IMG/VR virus record: IMGVR_UViG_3300046007_001549
From: an uncultured virus (IMG/VR IMGVR_UViG_3300046007_001549)
Taxonomy: Duplodnaviria > Heunggongvirae > Uroviricota > Caudoviricetes
Strand: one strand, 5' to 3'
Length of the DNA: 64,000 nucleotides
Under the pieces are notes generated by a model. The model saw only the letters and a list, made by a program, of their open reading frames with translations, made no database searches and was not told the DNA's origin. Every line of letters begins with the position of its first letter. The stretch's first letter is position 1. The translations under genes were made by a program, and so were the position numbers. Positions 10,448-22,600 of the stretch are shown piece after piece.

Positions 10448-13400
10448 AATAGTACCGCTACAGCAGACAGTATTTGAGCAGGGTCCACAGGCTACCTTTG
10501 TACCTCCAGCTCAGCAAGCACAGGTATATCAAGAGGGTCAGGTTGTATTTGGTCAGCCCATCTACACCGTTGATCCCGGCATTGCATGGGAGGCGTTAGG
10601 AGCTGAAGCTGCAAAGACAGCAAGTACTTTGTTTGAAAACACTTTGAATTATCTGATTGAATCTAAAGGCAATGCTGTTAAAGAATTAAAAGATAAGTAT
10701 GAAAGTGAACTAAACACTTTTTATAATGAGCAAAGCACAGCACTATATTCTAAAGATCCAGCTAAGCGGATTACTCCACAGCAAAGCATTGATAATGTAA
10801 ACGCTAAAATTATTGAACTTCGTGATAAGTTTTTATCTGAATCAGGCACAGCACTAGAAACAAATGAATACTTTGCAGACGAGTTTGATATTAAAAAATA
10901 TGGTATGGCTTATCAACGACTAGCTCTAACTGCACGAAACTCTCTGAGAGATTTCGATACACGATCTAGTCGTTTGCTTTATGATACACAGCGAGTAGTA
11001 AACGGACTTGAAAAAGAAAAGTCTGAGTTTGGTTCATGGAAGAATTCTGATATTGGAAAGCGACCAGATAAACTAGAGCCTCTTGCTCTTACTGGTAACG
11101 CTCCACTCCCAACCAAAGATGGGTATCCAATTATTGGTTTCCAAGAAACTGAAGATGGAACTCCAACTGTTCCTTACACAGCAATGATTAACGGGGTGGA
11201 AACTCCTGTTGTTCAGAAAGATGAAAACAACAATTGGGTTTTAATTCCCGAAGCTCTTGAAGCCCTTCCTGAAAAACAATTAGAACTTGCTTTCAGGATT
11301 GATCAAGAAGCTTATGGTGACAGCTCTGCCGTACTTAGTGCTGGTGGTCAACCAACAACATTCTTTGAAGGGGCACTTAAGCAAGCAGCAAAGAATCCAC
11401 AGCTTAATGCAGGATTAACTGCTTATACAGCTATTGCATTAGCTCAGTTACCAGATCATACAGCAACACAAACTATCAGTGGATTGAGCGGTCTAGAAGA
11501 AGATGATAGGTTAATGCTTTCAATGCTACGGCAACACTTTATTAATGGTGGTCGTAAAGACAGCATGCCAAGCATTACTGGATTAAACAGAGATGTGCTA
11601 AGAACAAACGCAACAGCAATTCAAAAGCTTCGTTTAAGTCCTACAATTGCTGGTGTAGCTACAAGGCCAACTGAAGTTGCTAAGTATAAAGAGCTAACAA
11701 CAACCCTAACAGAAATTGCTCAGCAATACGAACTTCCTGTTGAAGACAATGCACTTAGTCTTACTAAAGGTCCATATGATTTAACTGATACAGACGGATT
11801 AACTGCATCTGCTTTACTACAAGACAACCCTGTATTGGTTTATGCTTTAGCTCGGGTTTCTACAATGATGGATTCAAATCCATCTTTATACGCAAACGAC
11901 CCAGAGTTAAAAGAAGAAACAATGAAGCGTATCTTTAAAGAAGTAATCACTACCGAAGGATACTTTGTAACTCAAAACCCAAACACAGGAAGTCCTCTTA
12001 TTGTTTACTCTCGCGGATTGGGTCATGTTAATAAAGCAAGACAACTTATTAAAGAAGATCCAATGATGCTAAAGGATCTTCCAGAACTACAAGAGGCTGC
12101 TAAAGAAGATCCAAATATTGTTGATGGTGTTATTGCTAATTCATATCTATATGAAACTCAGTGGGCAACTAACAGAAACGCAGCAGATGAAAAACAAATT
12201 GCTTTTGATACTGCCAGAAGAATCAACCCACAAGTTGATTTAGAAGTGTTTGAAGCAATCTACGATGCTGCAGTAACTGTAAGCCAAGATCCAAAAACAA
12301 AAGCTAGAGTGGCAGCTAGAACACAAGCTCCTTTAACCTTTGGTCAAATCTTAAGAATGGCTGTTGCTTCTTCTCCTGCTGCAATGGAACAAACAGGTAA
12401 AGTTGTAATCGAAGGTAGAGAGAACACGGTTGCCGAATTTAAAGACAGATTAGCAGCTGCTAAACAAGTATGGGATGATACTGATTTTAATGATGGCTCT
12501 GATAACGCTGTCTTAGAGTTTGATACTAATCCAGCTATGTTTAGTTTTATGGGCGCACCTACTGGTGGTATTCCATTAAAGATTAGACAGCTAAAAGGAA
12601 AGTCTGGTAAAGACTACTTTCCGTTTATTGTTGGTGACTCACAAAGAAACTTCGGAGCATTCTCTCCAAAGCTAGATGACAACACTCCAATAATGTTTAT
12701 CAAAGCTGAAACAGATACCCAAGGAATGGATCAGTATAGACTCAATCTTAGTATTAGTAAATACTTAGATGCTAAACGAGGTAAGCCAGCAATTAGATAT
12801 GTAGATTATTCTACAGAACGACCTCCAAATGTTGGTCCCTTGTCAGCCCAAGATGTAATCAATGTGACAAATGAACGATATCTACCACTTGACTTTAATC
12901 CTGTAGGTAATGCTGATGCTCCATTAACTACCTTTGAAGCAGCTGATAATTTTAGAATCATCAATAGTCAAGCTATTCAGGAAGCTGTTAAAGCAGATCC
13001 TTCATTAAAAGATGTTGTTCCGTTGCTATACGAAGTTGCTAGAGATAAAGACGGAACAGTAATGTATGAAGAAAACAAAACAGTTTTCTCACGAACAAAT
13101 CTACGAAAGCTATTTGATAAGGCTGTAAAGCAAGGCGCTAAAACCAATAGAGATTATGTTGGTTATATCTTTAGAGCTATGCGAAATTATCAGCAAAACG
13201 ATCAGCAAGATGCCGGAAGAAAAGTATCTTTAGCTGAAGCTACTAACTCCCCCTTTACTGCTTTCTTAGGACAAGAAGGAAAAGAAAAAGGAGTTGTGCT
13301 GTATGAGCCTAGCACTGTAAGATTCTTTGATGGTGTCGATGCTTATGTCAGTACTGGTTACAATTTATTTGCTAAAGGTAATCAGTACTATATGTTTAAG

Positions 13401-13655
13401 CCTGATGAATTGAGTATTGAGCAAGCTAGAAGCAGTGGTTATAAGTTAATCATAGATCATGCCAATAAAGATCAACAAGCTCCTACAGATTTTACTGTAT
13501 TAAAAACTAAAAAAGATAGGATTGAGCAAGCTAAATCTATGCTGTTTAGTTCTAGAACTAGTCCACTAACTGAACGAGAAAAGTTTAGACAGCAGCTCTT
13601 CTTACAGATTACTCAACCAAGAGAACAAGTACCCGCTATAATGTTACAACAATAA
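10440..13655 (+). CDS. Large internal virion protein (gp15-like by position)
   Basis: ~1071 aa; start at ATG 10440 after GGAG; lies between gp14-like and giant protein genes. Confidence 0.6.
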   Translation: MAEIVPLQQTVFEQGPQATFVPPAQQAQVYQEGQVVFGQPIYTVDPGIAWEALGAEAAKTASTLFENTLNYLIESKGNAVKELKDKYESELNTFYNEQSTALYSKDPAKRITPQQSIDNVNAKIIELRDKFLSESGTALETNEYFADEFDIKKYGMAYQRLALTARNSLRDFDTRSSRLLYDTQRVVNGLEKEKSEFGSWKNSDIGKRPDKLEPLALTGNAPLPTKDGYPIIGFQETEDGTPTVPYTAMINGVETPVVQKDENNNWVLIPEALEALPEKQLELAFRIDQEAYGDSSAVLSAGGQPTTFFEGALKQAAKNPQLNAGLTAYTAIALAQLPDHTATQTISGLSGLEEDDRLMLSMLRQHFINGGRKDSMPSITGLNRDVLRTNATAIQKLRLSPTIAGVATRPTEVAKYKELTTTLTEIAQQYELPVEDNALSLTKGPYDLTDTDGLTASALLQDNPVLVYALARVSTMMDSNPSLYANDPELKEETMKRIFKEVITTEGYFVTQNPNTGSPLIVYSRGLGHVNKARQLIKEDPMMLKDLPELQEAAKEDPNIVDGVIANSYLYETQWATNRNAADEKQIAFDTARRINPQVDLEVFEAIYDAAVTVSQDPKTKARVAARTQAPLTFGQILRMAVASSPAAMEQTGKVVIEGRENTVAEFKDRLAAAKQVWDDTDFNDGSDNAVLEFDTNPAMFSFMGAPTGGIPLKIRQLKGKSGKDYFPFIVGDSQRNFGAFSPKLDDNTPIMFIKAETDTQGMDQYRLNLSISKYLDAKRGKPAIRYVDYSTERPPNVGPLSAQDVINVTNERYLPLDFNPVGNADAPLTTFEAADNFRIINSQAIQEAVKADPSLKDVVPLLYEVARDKDGTVMYEENKTVFSRTNLRKLFDKAVKQGAKTNRDYVGYIFRAMRNYQQNDQQDAGRKVSLAEATNSPFTAFLGQEGKEKGVVLYEPSTVRFFDGVDAYVSTGYNLFAKGNQYYMFKPDELSIEQARSSGYKLIIDHANKDQQAPTDFTVLKTKKDRIEQAKSMLFSSRTSPLTEREKFRQQLFLQITQPREQVPAIMLQQ

Positions 13656-13693
13656 TCCTGTTTATGGCGTGAGAACCCCCAGAAAGGATATGA

Positions 13694-16600
13694 ATGTTTA
13701 ATTACACACAAGGTTTTCCTTTAGTTGAAGACCGACCTAGTGCTGGCCTGTTAAGTCTTAAGGCTTACACACCAGCACAGGTGTTATCTGCATATGATGG
13801 AGATAACTTAGAATTCTTAGATAGCTCAAAAATATCTGATCCACTATATTGGACCAGAGGTGAAACTAAGAAAACAGAAACCTATAATGAATGGTTTGCT
13901 ATTCAGCAAGCTCTTGGAACTTTAGAAGGAAACCTTACTGGTATTTCCGATCAGTACTTAGGTATTGCTAATGAACCACTAAAGGGTGCTGCATTAAGAC
14001 AGTTAGTAGGCAAAGCTCCTCTTACTCCGTGGAGATGGAGCGATAGTGAACTTACAGAAGAAGCCTTAGCACAAGACCAAAAAGAACTAAATACACTATT
14101 AGAGGCAGAGCAAGGAATAGATATTGCTTCTATTCCTGTCGATCAACTAACAGAAAACCAAAACCTAATTAGAAAACTTGCAAGTAAGTTTGCTTATGTT
14201 GAAGCAGAAAAGAAAGCAAAAGATAAGTTAGGATTTAACTGGATTGATCTTTTAGATGCTCAAGAAATTTTTGGTATCTCTTTATCCGACAGAGAACTAG
14301 CGGGTGACACTAAAGATATTGAAGAAAGACTATCAAGGTTTGATCCAAACTTTGATTCTAAGTCTTGGTTTGCTTCTAAATTTTCTGATGAGATTGTAAC
14401 TAGAGGTTTGTTGGAAAACGGAATCACAGCTGACTTAATTGCTGATGCTCCTAATGAAGACGCAGCTTTTATGCGAATTATGTCTCGTCTTTCTATTACA
14501 GATCTTCAGCGACGAGCTGCTTCATATACTCCAACAACACTAGATAAAGGTCGGCTATTCCGAGATACAATTATAACTGGTGTTATCAATAGCCCCGATA
14601 CAATTCCATCGGTTGTTGCTGAATTAGGATTAGCTGGTATAGCTTCTGTATTTGGAACGCCTGCTGCTGGTGTTGCTACCCTAGGTGCAACTAGTGCAGT
14701 AACAAGTGCATTAGGCGGAACATCCGTATTCATGCGTCTTAAAAAAGCATATGATGCTATCGGAGCAGCCAGTAAAACAATGAAGGTAGCTGGCTATGCT
14801 GCAGAAACCTTGTATAAGATGCCTATTGGTATCATGCCAAGTTATGTAAAGAACTTTGGTTTAATCCGAGGAACTGCTGCATCCTTTACTTTTGGTGCTG
14901 TTCAAGGTGGTATGGCTGAATACGCAAGACAGCAAAGAGAAATTGCTTTCGGTGCGTCTACCTTGTATGCTACACCAAACGCAATGACTGATTACAATTT
15001 TTCTCTTGTTGCTAGAAGCGCATTAGAAAGTGGTGCTGCATTTGGTGCTGTGTTTGGACTTGGCGGTGGTTTACTAAGAAGTGGCGTTGGCGCTCTTAAA
15101 AATAGAATGAGTGGTGTTCTAATTGATCCAGTAACTGGAGTTAGAAACATTGCTGATCAACGCTTTACTTTTGAAAGCACCCCATTAGGAAACACAATTG
15201 ACAACATTCGTAACTTTGTTGGTAAAGAAGAACGAGCTTTAATTGATGCTCCTGTTCCTGATCAGCTTGCAGCTGAATCAATTCTAAACAAAACAGAAGT
15301 AACAACTGATACTTTAGTTTCTAGGACAGAAGCAAGAGTAGACCGGGTTGAAACAAGAGAGGCTGCTAGATCTCCTGATGCTGCAAGAGCAACACCAGAA
15401 GATGCTGGTACACGACGATACGAAGGTGAAACCATTCCTGAGTATGTTGCCCGTGTAGCACCAAACCGTGCTATTAGAAACATTTATGAAATCATGTCTG
15501 AGGTTGCTAGACGAACCCCAACCGAAGGTAGCTTGCGTCTAATTGAATCCTCAGAACAGTTTGATAACATGTCTATTCAAGACCAGATGCGTGTGTTGTT
15601 CAATTCCAAGAAGGTATTGGAAGACGCAAAGAAAGCAGAAACAGACTCAGTAGGTCTACCTAAAGAGCGAGAGCGTCTTTATGACGAACTAGAAAAAAGC
15701 CGAAAGTCTTGGTTTGCTCGTTTAAAAAAGAAACTGCCAAAGGCTGCATTCAAAGCTTTAAAAGAAGAACTAGAAGAAAACAAAAAGGCTTCTGGCAAGC
15801 GACTGCCTGATCTACTTAAAGAAGCTCGTAACACAGGTAAGACAGCCGCAGAGCGCAAGGCTGCTTCAGATGAGCTAGCTGCCAGACTGCTTGAAACAGC
15901 GTCTGCTATGGCAGCTGCGCCTGACCGTGAGGCTGCTATTAGATCAACGGTTCCTCCTGAAGTATTAGATAGCCTTGAAGCAGCAGTTGTTGAACAGCAC
16001 CTTACTGGTACTATTAGTGATGAAACTGCCGATAGTATTATAAAGAATATTGCTGGTGAAGAAGTTGAAACTAAACTTTCACCGCTCAACCGTGTTGCTA
16101 GAGCCGCTAAGAATGCAATTACTGTTGCAAAGATTAGCCCAGACAGAGTAAAGAAAATCAAAGCTATTATCAAAGATCCAGATAGTTTCGTATCTGTTAT
16201 TGATGGCGATAAAGACAATGCTTTAAGATTCTTTGACTTTGTAAATGAACTTGTCTTAAATGACATGATTTCAGAGATAGATAGAAACTTACTTCTAGCT
16301 TCTACTGTTCATCTTAACTTTAGTTCTAAAGCTTTTAATATTCAGTTTGCTGTTGAAAGTGTATTAGAGAACGGCAAGATTCAGCCAGATATTGTTGGAA
16401 TCTTCAGAAGAAGAAACAACTCTATTGTAATGAATTCCGATTTCACAGGAACAACAGCTAGCATTAAGCGCCGAAGAGCTAAGACACTATTGCATGAATT
16501 AGGCCATGCTTACTTTGCACACGAAGCAAGCGGAGCTAATTACTTAGATGCTCTAAGACTATACAACAAAACAATTCTTACAAGTGGCGTTGAGCTAATG

Positions 16601-19600
16601 AGAGTTCGACCAGAGACTACTGATCCATTATTGGATTCAGCTTTCTTAGGTCAGTACCACATGCAAAACGCAGAAGAAATGTTTGTTCAGACATTCTCAC
16701 AAATTCTGTTTACCGAAGCAGAAGCAGCCATTAACACATTCAGTCCTCCTCAAGTATCTAGAGCAAGGAATGTTTTAGACAAACTGGCAACTAATATAAC
16801 ACTAGCTGCTGCAATGTTTAATAAGTCTGATTACTATAACGCGGCTAAAGATATTATTGATTCAATTACAGAGGTTGATAGCAAGCTAAAAGATAGGGTT
16901 TCAATGCCAACCTTGGCTAGAACTTATTCTAAGCTTTATCCAATGTTTGATACTGTAACTGATGCTGCTGAATATAATAAAAAGATTGATGCTGAATTTC
17001 CTAATCAGGATATGAAGCCATATCATCTCAATCAAGCTGAAGTAGATCTATTCGCAAAAACCAAAGGAGATCCTAGCTTCATTATTGCAATGACAATTAT
17101 GAAAGCAGATCGAAGATCCTTTATTGATGCAAACGGAAACTTTACTAAGAGCCTTGTTGATCTAGTTAAAACCTATAATGATTATAAGACAACACAGCTT
17201 ACTTCAATGCAGATCAAAATTGCATTCTTAGTTGGCTCATTAGATTATAAAAAGATTGAAGCTTTGGATAAGTTTGATAGACTAGACTTTATTAAGGATG
17301 AGCTATTCTCAGTTTATTCTCGTACAATCTTTAAAGGCAAGTCTAAGCGAACATTGGTTCCAGCAACTTATGAAGACTTAGATGCTTTAAAGAATCTAGA
17401 TACAATGGATTACTTAGACCCAACAGGCAACAGTGTTCCATATGCTGTCGGATTCTTTGGAACAAGTGGTGAGACTTTAATCAATGCTATTGCTTCTACA
17501 CAACCAAAAGGTAAAGCTTTGGTTGCCGATGCTCTATCTGCTGATGATGTTGCTAAGCTTGTTGAAGCAATGAGAACAGACGCAGCTCTTACAACCAATC
17601 TAATTGATCGTCTAAGAATTTATTTAGATAACATTGGACTGCCAGAACTAGCTAATGTTGTAACTGAAGTCAACCATCTTGCTTACATTGAAAGACTCAA
17701 GACTGAGGGTATGCTAGATGTTGAGCCATCAACTCCTATCTGGCCTAACAAAGAAGTTGCTAATACTTCACTAGCTTTAATGTTAAAAGAAAAGCTATCA
17801 GTAGAGCAAATCAAAGTTATTCTAAAAGCCAACCTTTCATCTTCAACCTATAGTTATATTACCAATAAGTACTCTACTCCTAAGAAACTTCTTGGAGCAG
17901 TAAGTAAACTAATAGACGAAGATGGTCTTGTGTTTAATCAAGACTCTCAACGATGGGGTATTAAGTTAACATCAGCTAAACCTAAAGTTACTGTTGAAGC
18001 TCAAGCTCAAGCTATAAGCTTGGAGACTACGGTTTTAACAAAAGATAACTTAATGAAGGTTATTGCTCGTATTGGAGAAAAGTATTCAAGAGGTACAGAT
18101 ACTGATGAATACTTTACTGAAGCCCTTGCTAGCATGATGATGCCAAGAGAGCAAGCTAAAGAACTTGGTGGTGTCGCTGGAAACTTAGAACTAATTCTAT
18201 CTAAGATTGAAAATGGTAGTCTAGCAACAGTTAAAGACTTTGTAAACTATATCCATGCTACTGCTAATAATCTCAGAAAGAATCAGCAAAAGAAAGCTCC
18301 AGAAGTAAAAGCAACTGCTGCTGATAGGATTGTAACTACTAAGAAAGATATACGGTTTACTATTCTGAGTGAAGCTTTAGCATTCAACACAGCAACCCAA
18401 GGTAGACTGCTTACTCCACAAGAGATTGAACTCATCAGAGTATTCAATGAATCAAGCAGCATGGCTGAAGCTGGAGCTAAGCTAAAGCGTTCAGCACGAA
18501 CTGCTGGAAACTATAGAGCAAAGCTAATTGCAAAGATTACTGATGTCTTTGAGCAAGCATCAATCAGACTTGATAGTGATCGAACTGCTATTACAGCAGC
18601 TCTAAACAAATACTTTGATACTGTAGCTAGTGTTGTTGATAAAGCAAAACCAGATACAGAAAAGAAAGTAACTAGCAAAGTAACTGAAGCTAAGTCTAAG
18701 CCTGAAAAGAGTCCTGTTGAAGCTGGAGCAAGAATGGCACAGACCGCTGCGCTTGCTGAAAAGCTGAGGAACAAGAACCCAGATCCAGTTCCTGTACCTG
18801 TGCCTGCAAACACAGAAGCTGTTCTTTACAAAGTAACTGATGAAGTTACTGGCAACGAACCAGAAAAGGTTCTACGACCATCAGAACAAGCTGATGCTAT
18901 CATTCATGGTTCACAGACAGCGGCTAAAGAAGCTGTAGCGTTTACGCCAAAGAAGCCATTAGGAATGGACTTTGGTACAAGCCAAGAACTAGCGAGTCAA
19001 CCTGAAAAACTTGCAGGCGTATTAAGGTCTGCAAGTAGATTGGGTTTTGATGCTCTTGTGTTTAAGGATGGTTCTGTAATTCCAATCAACATTGAAGAAC
19101 TTCCTGTGGTTGGAAAGACTGTTATTAAAAAAGAACCAGATGCCCCTGCTGAGGTTGAGATTACTACAGTAGATAAGACTCCTGTATTAAATGTTATCTC
19201 TAAACCAAGACAGCCAGCACAACCTAAAGCACGAAAAGAATCTTTCCCTGTTAAGGTGGTAAAGAAAAAAGTTTTACAAACAAAACCCAAATCAAAGGGT
19301 GGAAGTAAAACAAAATTAAGTGATCTTAAAAAAGAATTGCTTACTTCGTTTAAAACACGAAAAGAAAGAATAGATCACTTAGTTAAACTTGGTTATGCAA
19401 AAGTTTTTAACACTGATTCAGGTAATACTCCTTTTGTTCTACTAGAAGACCGATTGACTGTGGTGATTAATGTAAAAGGAAAAGATATTCCTTTTTATAT
19501 TAGCACTGGTCTTGGCGGTAAAAAAGATGTTGCTGCTGGACAATGGTATCCATTCTTTGGTATGACAGAAGATAATTCTTGGTTTATCAAACTTACTGGT

Positions 19601-22600
19601 AAAGAGATTAATGATGTTTATGGTTCTCCTGAATTAAAAGCAGTTAAAGAACTATTAGACGAATCCTTTGGTAATCTTGATGATGAAATGCAACAGCTAC
19701 CAATGGGTAATACCCTAGAAGAAATGAGATCTATTAGATCTGAGTTTTATAAAGAAACTGGTCTTGATGGTGTATTAGCACAAAACAAAAAAGCTGTTGA
19801 TTCTCTTTCTACTCTACTAAAAACATTAAATACTTCTGGAATTAAAAAAGGCGATCCTTATAATAAAGTAAAAGCTTTTATTGATTCTGTTGTAAAAGAA
19901 ATTAGTGAAGGTAAAGAATTAGAAGCACCTTCAGTAACACCAAGTACTCCACGAATTCCAACTCCTCCAAAAAGAGAAGTACCTGTCGAACCAATCGAAA
20001 GCGATTTGGTAAAGACTCCAGAAACTGATGTAGTAGAACGCAAGACTAACGATGATCCTGCTTTGCTACGACAGGCTGGAATGGATTCTAACTTCTTAAA
20101 GACATTCATCAAAAAGTATTGGGAATCAAAGATTGAAGCCGACTCAGGCACAACCATGACCCCAATGTTTAAGAATATGTGGGCACACTTTGTCAATGTA
20201 AATCAATACATTGCTGACGCAAACAAGCGTGTTCTTGGTGATGATATTATGGATAAGTTCTGGAAGGCGGTTGACCGTCTTCGCACTGAGTCTCTTCTTC
20301 GTAAAGTAACTGAAGGACCAGCAGGAAAGAAGCCACTAACATATCGACAGATGTTAGAAAAGGCAGCAGAAGAAATTAAAGTAGATGGTAAGTCTGACTT
20401 TGTAATTCCTCTGTTACCTGAAGAAATTAAGTTTGTAAAAGTAAATGCAGAAGGTGACTATAGGTTATCAGCCAGAAGCAAAAAAGCAAAAGACATTATT
20501 GATGCTGCTGGTGAAGACCCTAAATTACCCGGACCTCCTAGAGCTGATGTAATTATCAGAGAAGGAGAGGGACAACCAGAGTTACCAATTAAGATTGAAG
20601 AAGAACCACCAACACCTAAAGAAAAAATCATTGATAGTAAAATCAATCAATCTGAAGCTGGTGCTTCTAGGTTGCTTAGATTTAATAATATGGTGGGAGC
20701 TATCTTTGGTGGAAACCAACGAGATAGTAAATCGTGGTGGGAAGACTTAATGAATAAGTCAACCAATGCAACGCAGGGTACATCTGCATTAGGTAAAACT
20801 ATTCGTAGTACTGTAGATCGTTTGTCCTTTGCTTCTAGATTCTTTGATGACACAAGAACACAAACGGCTCACTTAGTTGGTGCTGGTAAAACTGCATTTA
20901 AAACAGCAATGCAGCTACGCTCAGAAGAAGGTCGGTTAATGACTAGAATTTTCCGAGAGTATGCTAGACTCCACAACATTGTTCCTAGAATGACAAATGA
21001 TGTGAGAGCTAAACTTGATATGTATGTATATGAGTCATTATATAAAAATAGACAGCCTAACAAAGCTGATCTTGTTGCACTAGGAGTACCAGTACACCTA
21101 GCTCAAGAAGTAGCTAAACAAGCATCTATGCTTATCAAGTCTTCGCAAATTGCCAATAGAAACATATTAGAACTAGAAACACAGACAGGACGAATGAGTA
21201 TTGTAGATGAAAATGGTAATCCTGTTTCCCATCTAACCTATGCTCCTGTGCAGCTAGACCATGAAGGTCTGGCAAGACTAGATCAAAATTCTAGAGCAGC
21301 ATTGATCAACGCAATGGTAACTGCCCGAACTAATCGGAAGTTAAATGATCCAATGCTTGATATGAATACCATGATTGTTATGGGCTGGCTTGATGTAGCC
21401 TTTGATGACGATGCTAAGACATTAAGTGTCTTTGCTCCTGATCGAACAATTAAGTATTCTGAATCTGCTAACATGTTTAGTAATGATACCCTTCTTAAGT
21501 TATTTGATTCTGAAATCAAAAAGGAAGGTATCACTGGTCGTAAGTCAGAAATTCTGAGGCTGCTCAGAAAGAGCAATCCAGAGAAATTCTTTGTGCTGGA
21601 ATTCGATGATAAGTATGTTATCTACCGTGTTCCAGAAAAAGTTACTGATCTTGCTCCAGCTGATAAAGCTAAGTATGTGGAAGCTATCAAAGGTAATACA
21701 GCAATGTATACTGATAGATGGCGTACCATTCTTAACAACAAGAATCTCATTGAACGGGAAATGAAGGAAATACTTAAGTTTAAGACTAAGCAATATCCTT
21801 ATAATAACCCAGATGATTTCCATTCAGTTGCTAAACAACCTTTCTTTAAGATTGATCCAGAGGGTAAAACTGCGTTGCCCATTCGTGGATTAACTCCAGA
21901 AGAAGTATTAAGTACGCCTGAGACTAGAGCTGTTCTACGAACAAACCTTTCTGAATCTTACTTCTATTTCTTAAAGGGACGCTATTTTGAACTAGCGTTC
22001 CAAAGAGAGCTAGATAGGATGTTTGGTCAGACAGGAATCACAATACTAGATGTATTTGATTATGTAGAAAAAGCTAGTTATGAAGACTTTGATAGGATTG
22101 CAGAACTTGCTGGATGGACTCCAGAACAACTAAGCTATGCTCAAAAGAATTTGGCTGAAGGTATTAAAAGACTAAGAGAGGAATATCAGTTCAATGCTGA
22201 TACCCTACCTTATCTTAATTCTGAAACTGGTTACTTAGCTAGAGTTGGTCTTGCTGCTATTCGGTTCAAGTTCTCTGCGGGTTACGGTATCTCAGCTTTT
22301 GCAGAAACTATGGTTGAGCTAGCAAAGCAAAGCCCAGAGTTATACAGTGTACCTGTAAATGTTATCAAAGCTATGCGTTATGTGTTTGCTGATTATCGGC
22401 TGTCAAAGCGTAAGCTATTAGAGTCAGATATTGGCGATATGACCTTTATTCTAGAAAACTTCCGTACTGACTTTGCTAACCGTTTCATGGGAGAGATTGG
22501 ATACGGAGCATTCCGTTCTGATTCTCGTCTAGGAACCAAAGTAGCAAACAGTGTGTTGAATATCCGAGATGCTCAAGGTATCATAGAAACCTCAACTAGA

